Under the pieces are notes generated by a model. That model had not been told where the DNA came from and did not search any database. It saw only the letters and a list, made by a program, of their open reading frames with translations. From Pseudomonadota bacterium (GTDB lineage Bacteria; Myxococcota_A; UBA796; SXON01), in NCBI GenBank assembly GCA_005776735.1, contig SXOM01000024.1:1-36990 (forward strand): 36,990 nt of DNA, written 5' to 3'. Below are positions 7,599 through 15,983 of this stretch, piece by piece; position 1 is the first letter of the stretch; each line of letters opens with the position of its first letter. A program made the position numbers and the translations under genes.

Positions 7599-9088
7599 TC
7601 CTGTGGGCGGCGCTGGCCGTCGCCGCGCCCCGCTACGCCCTGGTGATCGGCGCCAACCGCGGCGACGCCTCCGAAGCGCCGCTGCGCTGGGCCGAAGAAG
7701 ACGCCCTGCGGATGGCGGCCACGCTCACCACGCTCGGCGGGGTCGATCCCGGCGACCTCGTCGCGCTGCGCGGCGCCGACGCCAACGGCGTGCGCGCGGC
7801 CCTCACCCGCCTCGGCGCGCGGGTGCGCGCCGAGGGCGCCGCCGAGGCCGAGCTGGTCGTGTACTACTCCGGGCACGCCGACGCGGAAGACCTCCACCTC
7901 GCCGGGTCCCGACTCCCGCTTTCGGAGCTGAAGGCGGCGGTGGGGGCGACCGCCGCGCGCACCCGGGTCATCGTGATCGACGCGTGCCGCGCCGGCTCGT
8001 TGACCCGCAAGGGGGCCCGCCCCGCGGCGCCCTTCACCATCGTCGCCGAGGATCGGCTCTCCACCGACGGCCTGGCCATCGTCACCTCCGCGGCGGCCGG
8101 CGAGGACGCGCAGGAGTCCGAGAGCTTGCGAGGCGGGGTCTTCACCCACCACCTGCTCGCCGGGCTGGAGGGCGCCGCCGACCAGAGCGGCGACGCGCGG
8201 GTCACGCTCACCGAGGCGTACCAGTACAGCTACGCCCGCACCGTCGCGACCACCAGCGGCGCGCCGACGCTGCAGCACCCGAGCTTCTCGTGGGACCTGC
8301 GCGGCCAGAGCGACCTGGTGCTCACCCGCCTCGACGACACCGCGCGCGGGGCGTGGCTCCAGGTCGACACCGCGGGAGAGTACCTGGTCCTCGATGCGCA
8401 CGGGACCGCCCTGGTGCGCGAAGCGGCCCTGGCGGCGCAGGGGCGGCTGGCGCTTCCTGCGGGGCGATACCGCGTGCGGCTGCGCACGCCGGCCCGCCTG
8501 TCGGAAGCCGACATCACCACCACCGCGGGGCAGGTGGTCGAGCTGCGGGCCGCGGACCTGGTGGCGGTGCCGCTCGGCCAGGCGGCGCGGCGCGGCGGCC
8601 CCGCGCGCCCCGCCGTCGCCCTCGAACTGAGCGGCGACGTGCGTGCACCGCTTCTGGATGCGTGGTCGCCCGCGCCCGGCGGTAACGTGGGCGCCCGGGT
8701 CGACCTCCCCGCCCTCACGCTCCGGGTGCGCGCCACCTTCGATCAGGCGAGCGCCGAGGGCGACACCCTCGAGGGCACCATGACCGCGTGGGGCGCCGAA
8801 GCGGGCGCGCTGAAGCTGGCCGACCTGGGCCGATTCTCGATAGGGGCCGGGGTGATGCTGGGCGGCGGGGTGATCACGCAGTCGTTCGTCACCGACGGGA
8901 TCGCGCCCGCACGGGAGGCGACGGCCCTGCGGGCCGGCCCCGTCCTGCACGCCGAGTGGTCGCCCGTGGACCGATTCTTCGTCACCCTGGAGGGGGGGCT
9001 CGACACCGTGGTGCTCCCCACCGAGTCCACACCGACGGGGCGCGTCGTGCCCCACGCCAGCCTCGGGGTGGGCGTGTGGGTACGGTGA
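7595..9088 (+). CDS. secreted caspase-family (peptidase C14) protein with a PEGA-like middle region and a C-terminal beta-barrel-like segment
   Basis: GTG 7595 in ORF 6938..9088 (GTGA overlap); GTG 7562 would add a charged n-region. Caspase signature: RYALVIGANRGD, catalytic His in VVYYSGHAD, catalytic Cys in VIVIDACRAGS, then GGVFTHHLLAGLEG..D..VTLTEAYQY. This is followed by LPAGRYRVRL and about 170 aa of alternating-hydrophobic strands ending LGVGVWVR. Confidence 0.85.
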   Translation: MILWAALAVAAPRYALVIGANRGDASEAPLRWAEEDALRMAATLTTLGGVDPGDLVALRGADANGVRAALTRLGARVRAEGAAEAELVVYYSGHADAEDLHLAGSRLPLSELKAAVGATAARTRVIVIDACRAGSLTRKGARPAAPFTIVAEDRLSTDGLAIVTSAAAGEDAQESESLRGGVFTHHLLAGLEGAADQSGDARVTLTEAYQYSYARTVATTSGAPTLQHPSFSWDLRGQSDLVLTRLDDTARGAWLQVDTAGEYLVLDAHGTALVREAALAAQGRLALPAGRYRVRLRTPARLSEADITTTAGQVVELRAADLVAVPLGQAARRGGPARPAVALELSGDVRAPLLDAWSPAPGGNVGARVDLPALTLRVRATFDQASAEGDTLEGTMTAWGAEAGALKLADLGRFSIGAGVMLGGGVITQSFVTDGIAPAREATALRAGPVLHAEWSPVDRFFVTLEGGLDTVVLPTESTPTGRVVPHASLGVGVWVR

Positions 9089-9696
9089 TCCCGCTCTGGC
9101 TCCTGCTCGGGTGCGGCGACGTCCTCGTCGACGGCGACTACCCGGGGGAGCCACTGTTGACGGTGACTGGCCAGATCCTGGTCGAAGCGACGATCTCCGA
9201 GGACGTGTCGCCCTCGGTGGCGCTGTTCTGGACCCAGGCGGGCTCGGCGACCCGCACCGAGACCTCGGTCGAGGTCACCACGCGCTTCCCCGCGTACTTC
9301 GAGCTCAACGCGTATCAACCCCCGGTCGACGCCGACTTCTTCACCGACCCGCAGGGGCTCCACCTCGCCCTCGGCGTGCTCTTGCTCTACGACGACACGG
9401 CCCAGGACGGCACGCTCGACGTCGACACCGACACGGTCATCGGCGCCGCCGCGGACGATGCCCACGTCGTGTGGTTCCCGGACCCCCCCGAGGCCCAACC
9501 CGACACGCCCGAGGACCGGTACCTGGTCGCTCACGGGGTCCCCGAGTGCCAGGGGCCCCCCGACACCGCCGACGAGGCGCCCCCCACCGAGTCGCAAGGG
9601 ATCGTCGACCTCCTCGTCGCGGATCCGTGCACCCTCCTGCCCGACTGGAACTGCAACGGCGACCTGGAGGAGTGGGGCGACCTCTGCGGCGACTGA
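9085..9696 (+). CDS. acidic lipoprotein, hypothetical
   Basis: GTG 9085 in ORF 8788..9696 (GTGA overlap; GTG 9076 possible). Lipobox LLLGC. Asp/Thr-rich, with a Cys-containing C-terminus (CTLLPDWNCNGDLEEWGDLCGD). Confidence 0.6.
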   Translation: MIPLWLLLGCGDVLVDGDYPGEPLLTVTGQILVEATISEDVSPSVALFWTQAGSATRTETSVEVTTRFPAYFELNAYQPPVDADFFTDPQGLHLALGVLLLYDDTAQDGTLDVDTDTVIGAAADDAHVVWFPDPPEAQPDTPEDRYLVAHGVPECQGPPDTADEAPPTESQGIVDLLVADPCTLLPDWNCNGDLEEWGDLCGD

Positions 9697-9714
9697 CGCC
9701 TACATCGGCGTCAG
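9693..9714. terminator. hairpin spanning the stop codons of two convergent genes
   Basis: CTGACGCC-tacatc-GGCGTCAG (8-bp stem). It contains TGA 9694-9696 of the + gene and the complement of TAG 9700-9702 of the - gene. The genes are only 3 nt apart. Confidence 0.35.
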
Positions 9715-10173
9715 CACCCCTTCCAGCCAGGCCGCCACGGAGTTCCCGGACAGGTCGGTCACCGTGGCGGTGACGCGCGCGTTGCGGCCGTCGAGGTCCT
9801 CGAGCTCGAACCCATCGAAGCGCTGGTGCAGGTCGCTCCCCACCCAACGGCCGGCGTTGTCGCCGACGTTGGCGCACACCAGGCGCAGCTCGTAGGTGGT
9901 GTCGCCGAGCACGAGGTCCTCGTCGAGGTCGTACGCCTCCAGGCGGACGCTGGCGCCGTCGCCCAGCCCCTCCAGGCCGCCGACCCCGACCCGGTAGGGC
10001 GAGTAGGGCGACCCCCCTTGGGGCGGCCTGCCGTACGGGAGCGCGTCGCCGTCCACGAAGTCGTCCGCGCCGGCGGGCACGATCGTCGCCTCGTCCGCGC
10101 CCACCGCCTCACACGGCGTGGGCGCGGGGCCCGCAGCGCAGCCCCACCAGAGCAGGCCGAGCACCCTAGGCAC
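9700..10173 (-). CDS. small lipoprotein-like protein, paralogous to the product of 32300..32782
   Basis: ORF 9700..10173. Leader MPRVLGLLWWGC (atypical lipobox). Shares the order Cys..Cys / G.QGG..Y / ..VTD..G.. with the 32300 protein. Overlaps the upstream DUF2330 stop by 8 nt. Confidence 0.6.
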   Translation of the reverse strand: MPRVLGLLWWGCAAGPAPTPCEAVGADEATIVPAGADDFVDGDALPYGRPPQGGSPYSPYRVGVGGLEGLGDGASVRLEAYDLDEDLVLGDTTYELRLVCANVGDNAGRWVGSDLHQRFDGFELEDLDGRNARVTATVTDLSGNSVAAWLEGVLTPM

Positions 10174-11713
10174 GGCGCCGGCGTGCGGCGGCGGCCAGGA
10201 CCAGCACCGCGGGGGCCAGGAGCGCAGAAGCTTCTCCCGAGCACCCGGCGTTGAACGCGTCGGCGTCGGCCTGGACGTCGTGTTCGAACAACACCTCGCC
10301 CTCGCCGGACGCGCTGAGGTCGGTGATGCGCACCGCCGCGGGCGTGCCGAGCTCCTCTCGGACCGCGGTCACGTCCTCGCCGCCGTCGGGCACCACGATC
10401 TCGCGACCGTCGCCGAGGATCAGCGTGCGCGAGACCACGTTGCCGCTGAACGCGTTGGTGCGCTCCTGGCTGGTGGCGGACCGGGTCGCGAGCACCGTCT
10501 GCTCCACGGCGTCGTTGAACACGAACACCGGGTCGGCGGTCATCTCGGCGGGGTCCATCGTCGTGAACAGCCGCGTGCCCCACGCGGCGCCGTCGATTCG
10601 TGCCTGCTGTTCGGCCATGACCTCGAGGATCTCGGTCTCGAACCGGTCGGTGGCGACGACCGCGTCCCAGTCCTCGACCTCGACCTCGTAGCAGCCCGGA
10701 CACTGCAAGAACGTGGCCCCGTCGACCCCGTCCGGCGGCGGCACGAGCTCCAAGAGCAGGTTGGTGAGCTGGGTGCTGCCCGGCATGCCCGAGTACACGA
10801 TGGTCTCGAGCCAGGACACCGGGTCGGCCTCGCGCAGGGCGTCGGGGGAGAACCGGTCGGTCCAGTCGAGGAGGCCCGAGAAGTCGGTGGCAGGCCCCGC
10901 GTAGTCAGTGGCGAACGCCAGACCGCCGGCCTCGTCGACCGCGGCGGACACGACCTCGCGGTAGTTGTCGGCGCCTTCGTACCAGTTGATCGCCGCTTCG
11001 TTGATGTCGACGTGCAGGTAGTTGTCGGGGACGGCGCGCGAGGGACCGAAGACGAAGACCTCGATCGGCATGTCGGCCACCGCCGCCACCGCCGTGAGCT
11101 GGATGGGGATGCTGGCGGCCTCGGCCGCGTAGGACATCACGATCGGGGCGATGTCGCCGGCGTCCTTGTCGCTGAGGAGCTTGAGCGCCACGAAGTACTG
11201 GCCCGCGGCGACGTAGGGTTGCAGCACCGCGTCGAGCCCGTCGGGCAGGCTGTAGCCGTTGTCCTCGAGCCAGATCACCAGGACGTCGGCGTTCTCGGCC
11301 TGCAGCACCACGCTCAGGTACGGACCGACCGCCTCCTCGGACACGACGGTGACGCCACCACCGTCCTCGCGGGGCGCCATGTCGGCCGACATTGCCATCT
11401 CGGCGGCGCACCCGATGCTGCCGGGCCGGTCGACCCCGAGCTGGAACACCGGGGTGGTCTGGTTGGCGAGGGTCGTGAACATCGCGTCGTTGGACACCTC
11501 GACCGTGGGCTCGCCCGGCACCGGCACCACCCACGCGAACTCGTCCGCTTCGCCTTCGAAGGCAATCTGGACCTCGGTGGTGACCCGCCCCTGGTCGTAG
11601 AAGAAGAAGATCCGCTCCGCCGCCTGATCGACCGGCTGGATGGCGTTGCAGAACATGCCCCCGCACGCAGCGGCGGGGTCGGACGCGAAGAGGACGAGGT
11701 GGAGGAAGGTCAT
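10166..11713 (-). CDS. DUF2330-family protein with a MYXO-CTERM-type C-terminal sorting tail (paralogue A)
   Basis: ATG 11713 inside ORF 10166..11746, with GGAG upstream. MTFLHLVLFASDPAAACGGMFC... carries the N-terminal CGG(M/F)F hallmark I associate with DUF2330. The C-terminus is NAGCSGEASALLAPAVLVLAAAARRRRA (Gly-Cys, hydrophobic span, Arg cluster). Confidence 0.8.
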   Translation of the reverse strand: MTFLHLVLFASDPAAACGGMFCNAIQPVDQAAERIFFFYDQGRVTTEVQIAFEGEADEFAWVVPVPGEPTVEVSNDAMFTTLANQTTPVFQLGVDRPGSIGCAAEMAMSADMAPREDGGGVTVVSEEAVGPYLSVVLQAENADVLVIWLEDNGYSLPDGLDAVLQPYVAAGQYFVALKLLSDKDAGDIAPIVMSYAAEAASIPIQLTAVAAVADMPIEVFVFGPSRAVPDNYLHVDINEAAINWYEGADNYREVVSAAVDEAGGLAFATDYAGPATDFSGLLDWTDRFSPDALREADPVSWLETIVYSGMPGSTQLTNLLLELVPPPDGVDGATFLQCPGCYEVEVEDWDAVVATDRFETEILEVMAEQQARIDGAAWGTRLFTTMDPAEMTADPVFVFNDAVEQTVLATRSATSQERTNAFSGNVVSRTLILGDGREIVVPDGGEDVTAVREELGTPAAVRITDLSASGEGEVLFEHDVQADADAFNAGCSGEASALLAPAVLVLAAAARRRRA

Positions 11714-11830
11714 GGTGCGCTCCGAACGAAGGTGTACCCCGGACACCCGAGCAAAGGCGGGGCCAACCGCGAAAAGTATGTTCAGACCGACATGACCACA
11801 CCGCGCGCGCCCACGATCACGACACGGACG

Positions 11831-13393
11831 TCACCGACGCCGTCGCCGCAAGAGCCCGGCCCCGAGCACCACCCACGGCGCCACAAGTCCGGCCGATTCG
11901 TCACACCCGTTGTTGAACGCCGTCACCTCGGCGGCGGCCGCGTCGCGGTGATCGAACACCACCTCGCCCAGCCCGTTGGCCCCCATGTCCACGATGCGGA
12001 TGGCGGCGGGGGTGCCGAGGCGCTCCCGCGCCGCCGCCGAGTCGTCGAGGCCGTCGAGCACGATCTGGCGGCCGTCGGCCAGCGAGAGGGTGCGCCGCGT
12101 GTTCTGGCTGGCAAACAGGTTCTCGCGCTCGGTGCTTGTCGCGGCGTGCACCGCGCTGACGTCGGCAGGCACGTCGCCGTTGAGCACGAAGACCGGGTCG
12201 GCGGTCATCTCCCCCGGGTCCATCGTCGTGAACAGGCGGGTGGCGTAGTCGCTCCGATCGATGCGCTCCTGCTGGGCGCGGTGCACCGCCAACAACTCCT
12301 CGTCCACGCGGGCGGCGGCGGCCGCGGGGTCCCACCCCTCCACCTCGACCGTGTAGCAGCTCGGGCACGAGAGGAACTCGGCGGTCCCCACCCCCTCCGG
12401 CGGCGGCACGAGCTCCACCAGCAGCGCGTCGCCCTGGGTGCTTCGTGGCAGGCCCCCGTACAGCACCGCCTCGAGGAACGCGACGGGATCGAGCGTGGCG
12501 AGATGGTCCTCGTCGACCCAGCCTTCGTCGTAGACCACGAAGGTGAAGTCGGACGACGGGGCGGCCCAGTCGGTCACGAACGCGAGGCCGCCGGCCTCGT
12601 CGACGGCCGCGCTGACGACCTCCCGGTAGTTGTCGGCCCCTTCGTACCAGTTGAACGCCGCCTCGTTGAGCTCGACGGACAGGTAGTTGTCCGGCACCGC
12701 GCGCGCTTCGCCGAACACGAAGACCTCGATCGGCATGTCGTCGACCGCGGCCACCGCCGTGAGCTGGATGGGGATGCTCGCCGCGGAGGCGGCGTACGTC
12801 ATCGCGATCGGCGCGATGTCACCGGCGTCCTTGTCGCTCTGCAGCTTGAGCGCGACGAAGTACTGCTGGCTGGCGACGTACGGCTCCAGCGTGGCGTCGA
12901 GCCCGTCGGGGAGGTCGTAGCCGTTGTCCTGGAGCCATCCGACGAGCACCTGGGCGTCGGTGGCCAACAGGACGACCATGTCGTACGGGCCGACCGCTTC
13001 GCGCGACACGACGCTGATCGCACCGCCGTCGTCGTAGGAGTTCGCGGAGGCCGTGTCCTTGCTGAAGTCCGCTGGTGCTGCGAACAGACACCCGCCCGAC
13101 GCCCCGCGGTCGACGGTGAGCTGCAGCGTCGGCGTGGTCTGGTTGGCCACGAGCGTGAACATCGCGTCGTTGGAGAGTGTGACCGTGGGCTCGCCCGGCA
13201 CGGGAACGACCCACGCGAACTCGTCGCTCTCGCCCTCGTAGGTGATCTGCACCTCGGTCGTGACCCGCCCCTCGTGCACGAAGAAGAAGATGCGCTCCGC
13301 CGCCTGGTCGACCGGCGCGACCGCGTCGCAGAACATCCCCCCGCAGGCGACGGCCGCGGGTGCTCCCGCGAGGATCATCATCGAGAACAGCAT
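11831..13393 (-). CDS. DUF2330-family protein with a MYXO-CTERM-type tail (paralogue B)
   Basis: ORF 11831..13393 (ATG). MLFSMMILAGAPAAVACGGMFCDAVAPVDQAAERIFFF... is collinear with paralogue A. The C-terminus is NNGCDESAGLVAPWVVLGAGLLRRRRR. Confidence 0.8.
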   Translation of the reverse strand: MLFSMMILAGAPAAVACGGMFCDAVAPVDQAAERIFFFVHEGRVTTEVQITYEGESDEFAWVVPVPGEPTVTLSNDAMFTLVANQTTPTLQLTVDRGASGGCLFAAPADFSKDTASANSYDDGGAISVVSREAVGPYDMVVLLATDAQVLVGWLQDNGYDLPDGLDATLEPYVASQQYFVALKLQSDKDAGDIAPIAMTYAASAASIPIQLTAVAAVDDMPIEVFVFGEARAVPDNYLSVELNEAAFNWYEGADNYREVVSAAVDEAGGLAFVTDWAAPSSDFTFVVYDEGWVDEDHLATLDPVAFLEAVLYGGLPRSTQGDALLVELVPPPEGVGTAEFLSCPSCYTVEVEGWDPAAAAARVDEELLAVHRAQQERIDRSDYATRLFTTMDPGEMTADPVFVLNGDVPADVSAVHAATSTERENLFASQNTRRTLSLADGRQIVLDGLDDSAAARERLGTPAAIRIVDMGANGLGEVVFDHRDAAAAEVTAFNNGCDESAGLVAPWVVLGAGLLRRRRR

Positions 13394-13453
13394 GGAAACG
13401 CCCCTGCGGGCAGTGTAGCATCGGATTCGCCGGGCACGACGCGGCGCCCCGGG

Positions 13454-13497
13454 CCGAACCGCGAGGGGCTTGCTGCACCGGCTCAGGTCGGTGAGCG
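13454..13497 (-). repeat. solitary copy of the 44-nt module shared with the large repeat elements
   Basis: CCGAACCGCGAGGGGCTTGCTGCACCGGCTCAGGTCGGTGAGCG matches, with few mismatches, the complement of 18449-18492 and 33963-34007. The strand given is the one inferred for the RNA-like polarity of the family. Confidence 0.6.
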
Positions 13498-13517
13498 AGG
13501 CGGCGTCACACGGGTCG

Positions 13518-14582
13518 CTAGAAGTAGACGTTCAGCCCCATGTTCGCCTGCACCGCGCCGGCCGAGCTCGGGTCGGACGCGGGCTTGTTCACGTAGCCGA
13601 TGAACCGTGCGTCCAGGTCGAGCGACACGTTCTTCCCGAGCCCGAACTGCAGGCCGACCCCGCCGTGCGGGCCCCACAGGGCCTCCTCGGTGTCCAGGTC
13701 GCCGCCGGGCAACGGCTGGTCGAGGTTGCGGTCGGTCATCGTGACGCCGGCGAGCACGTAGGGGCTCACCCGCGACCACGGGAACGCATAGAGCTCGACA
13801 CTCGCCTGAAGCGGCTGCTGGATGCGGGCGGTCTCCTGGGACCACGTGGCGTCGTGGTAGGTCCACGCCACCTCCAGTCCCACGGCCTCGATCGGGCGGT
13901 ACCCGACGCTCAATCCGAGCCCCGCGTCGCCATACCCGGCGCCGCCGTGGAAGTCCGACAGGTAGCTGCCACCGTGGAAACCGAGGGAGAACTTCCCGGC
14001 ACGGTCGACCGACCGGTCCGGGCCGGAGGACTTTCCGCCACCGCCGCCCCCCCGCGAAGGCGCCGCCACCGGGCCGTACACGAACACGCCGTGGTACCAG
14101 TGGTGCGGGTGCCCGGGGCGCCAGGTCGAGTACCAGTGGTGCGGGCGACGATGGTCCACCCAGGCGGCGTGATGCCGGGCCCGCGAGGCCGCCTGGTGCC
14201 GTGCGGCGTAGCCGGGCGCCCGGGACGCGGTCGCGTGCCGCACCGCGGGAGCGTGGCGACGATCTGCGCTCGCCGCCGCATGGGGACGCGCGGCCTCGTG
14301 GCGGGAGCCGGACTCCTTCGAGGCGGACCCGCGGCGCTCGCCGTCGCCCTCGCCACGACGCTCGGCGCGCGCGCCGTCGGCCGATTCGCGCTGGCCTTCA
14401 CCGTCGGCACGTTCTCCGCCGCGCTCTCCGCCGCGCTCCCCGCCCCGACCGCCGCCACGGCGAGACTTCGCGACCGCATCGGCGTCGCCGACGACCGCGT
14501 CGTCGACGGCGACCTCGATCGCAGCGGCCTCCTCGGCGTGGGCGGCGTGCAGGGCGAGGGTCAGGGTCAGGCTGGCGAACAT
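13518..14582 (-). CDS. outer-membrane beta-barrel (porin/OmpA-like barrel family) protein with an Arg/Gly/Glu- and His/Trp-rich N-terminal region
   Basis: ORF 13518..14582. Signal peptide MFASLTLTLALHAAHA. The C-terminal ~190 aa have alternating strands (GKFSLGFHGG.., GLGLSVGYRP, GLEVAWTYHD, VSPYVLAGVTM, GVGLQFGLG) and end in the GLNVYF aromatic terminus typical of OMPs. Confidence 0.75.
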   Translation of the reverse strand: MFASLTLTLALHAAHAEEAAAIEVAVDDAVVGDADAVAKSRRGGGRGGERGGERGGERADGEGQRESADGARAERRGEGDGERRGSASKESGSRHEAARPHAAASADRRHAPAVRHATASRAPGYAARHQAASRARHHAAWVDHRRPHHWYSTWRPGHPHHWYHGVFVYGPVAAPSRGGGGGGKSSGPDRSVDRAGKFSLGFHGGSYLSDFHGGAGYGDAGLGLSVGYRPIEAVGLEVAWTYHDATWSQETARIQQPLQASVELYAFPWSRVSPYVLAGVTMTDRNLDQPLPGGDLDTEEALWGPHGGVGLQFGLGKNVSLDLDARFIGYVNKPASDPSSAGAVQANMGLNVYF

Positions 14583-14645
14583 GTACGCTCCGCTCGGTCT
14601 GCCTGTGGAACGCCCGACCCCGCGCCGGTATTCGACGTCGGGTCG

Positions 14646-15983
14646 TCAGCGCCCGAAGGCGCCGCGGATCTCGGTGAGGAGCCGCACCTCGAGCACGAAG
14701 ACCTCGTCGCGCCCGCTCACCCGCGCGCGGACGAGCTTGCCGTCGGACTCGGGGCGGGCGAGGTCGAGCTGCCACCGCGCGCCGTCGCGCAGTTGCACGC
14801 GCACCTGCGCTCCGCTCGGCGTGAACGTGGCGTCGGGTGCGATGCCGAGCGCACGGAGGCCGGCGAGCTGGGCGACCGCCGCGGCGAAGGCCTTCTGGTC
14901 TACCTCGACGTTGGCGGGTTGGGTCACCACCCACCGCAGGGCTTCGGGGTTCCACGTCGCCGCGATGGTGAGGCTGCCCTCGGTCCACGCCGCGCTGTCG
15001 ACCGCCTGGGCGTCGAAGCCGGCGAGGGACAGGTCGCGCAGCGCCGCCACGTCGAGCAAGAGCGCGGTGCGCACCTTCGGCGAGACGCGGAAGACCTCGG
15101 GCCGATCGTCGACCCGAACCCAGGCGGCGCGGGCATCGACGCGGGAGCCGAGCGTGATGCGGTGCGTACGCCCGTCGCCGCCCTCCAGGACCACCCCCGC
15201 CGCGGGGGCGTCGAGGCCCGCCTCGTAGCTGGGCGCGTGGATCTCGGCCGCGCGGAGCTTCGCGAGCACGTTCACCATCAGCTCCACGCCCTGATCGTCC
15301 ACCGGGAACGCCGCGCCCTCGAGGCTCCACGCGCCGGGCCGCGCCGCGCCGTCGGGGCCGGTGCGGGCCGCGCCGCGGGTGAACCGGAGCGTCGCGCCGG
15401 GGCGCTCGATGGTGAACGCCCGCACCGCGTCGCGGTCGAGCGTGACCAGGGTACGGTCGCGCCAGTCCCCAGCCGCCCGCTCGAAGCGAGAGCGCGCGCC
15501 CACGGCGGCGCGGTACACCGTCTCCGAGCCGGGGAGGCGCACGAACGCGCTGTCGGGGCCGGCGCTCTTGCCGACGATGACCGACACCGCAGGCTCGGCC
15601 GCATCGGTGTAGAGGTCGGCCCGGAGCGCGTGCTGGTCGTCGACCCCGTAGGTTTCGAGGTTGCCCTCGTCGACCTGCGTGTCCATCGGCACGCCCGCGG
15701 CGAGCGCCCGGACGAACGCCCCGACCACCTGCTCGTCGGCGGCGTACTGGAGCGGCGAGACCAGGCGCCACGGGGCGTCCTTGCCCTCGCGCTCGAGCGT
15801 GAGCTGGTTGATCTGGTCGCCGATCACGATGCGGATCACGTCGTCGACGGCCACGACCGGCAACGACGGGAGGCCGCGTTCTTCGACCTCCGCGACGGGG
15901 CGGCGGTCGAGGCCGACGAGCGCCGCGAGGACCACGGCGACGAACAGGAGCACGAGGCTCTTGGAGGTGAACCACGCGCTCAC
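14646..15983 (-). CDS. DUF4340-like protein (usual partner of GldG-type ABC auxiliary proteins), N-terminal TM anchor
   Basis: GTG 15983 in ORF 14646..17636 (GTGA overlap with the upstream stop). VSAWFTSKSLVLLFVAVVLAALV anchor. The call rests on position after a GldG-like gene plus general sequence character, so family assignment is moderate. Confidence 0.55.
   Translation of the reverse strand: MSAWFTSKSLVLLFVAVVLAALVGLDRRPVAEVEERGLPSLPVVAVDDVIRIVIGDQINQLTLEREGKDAPWRLVSPLQYAADEQVVGAFVRALAAGVPMDTQVDEGNLETYGVDDQHALRADLYTDAAEPAVSVIVGKSAGPDSAFVRLPGSETVYRAAVGARSRFERAAGDWRDRTLVTLDRDAVRAFTIERPGATLRFTRGAARTGPDGAARPGAWSLEGAAFPVDDQGVELMVNVLAKLRAAEIHAPSYEAGLDAPAAGVVLEGGDGRTHRITLGSRVDARAAWVRVDDRPEVFRVSPKVRTALLLDVAALRDLSLAGFDAQAVDSAAWTEGSLTIAATWNPEALRWVVTQPANVEVDQKAFAAAVAQLAGLRALGIAPDATFTPSGAQVRVQLRDGARWQLDLARPESDGKLVRARVSGRDEVFVLEVRLLTEIRGAFGR

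Noticed and set aside
10118-13603. 1161-aa plus-strand ORF opposite the DUF2330 genes (same length as the one above)
   Set aside because: This is a shadow ORF with a low-complexity R/G/V/H/D-rich translation. The minus strand encodes two clearly homologous DUF2330 proteins. The equal length is coincidental.
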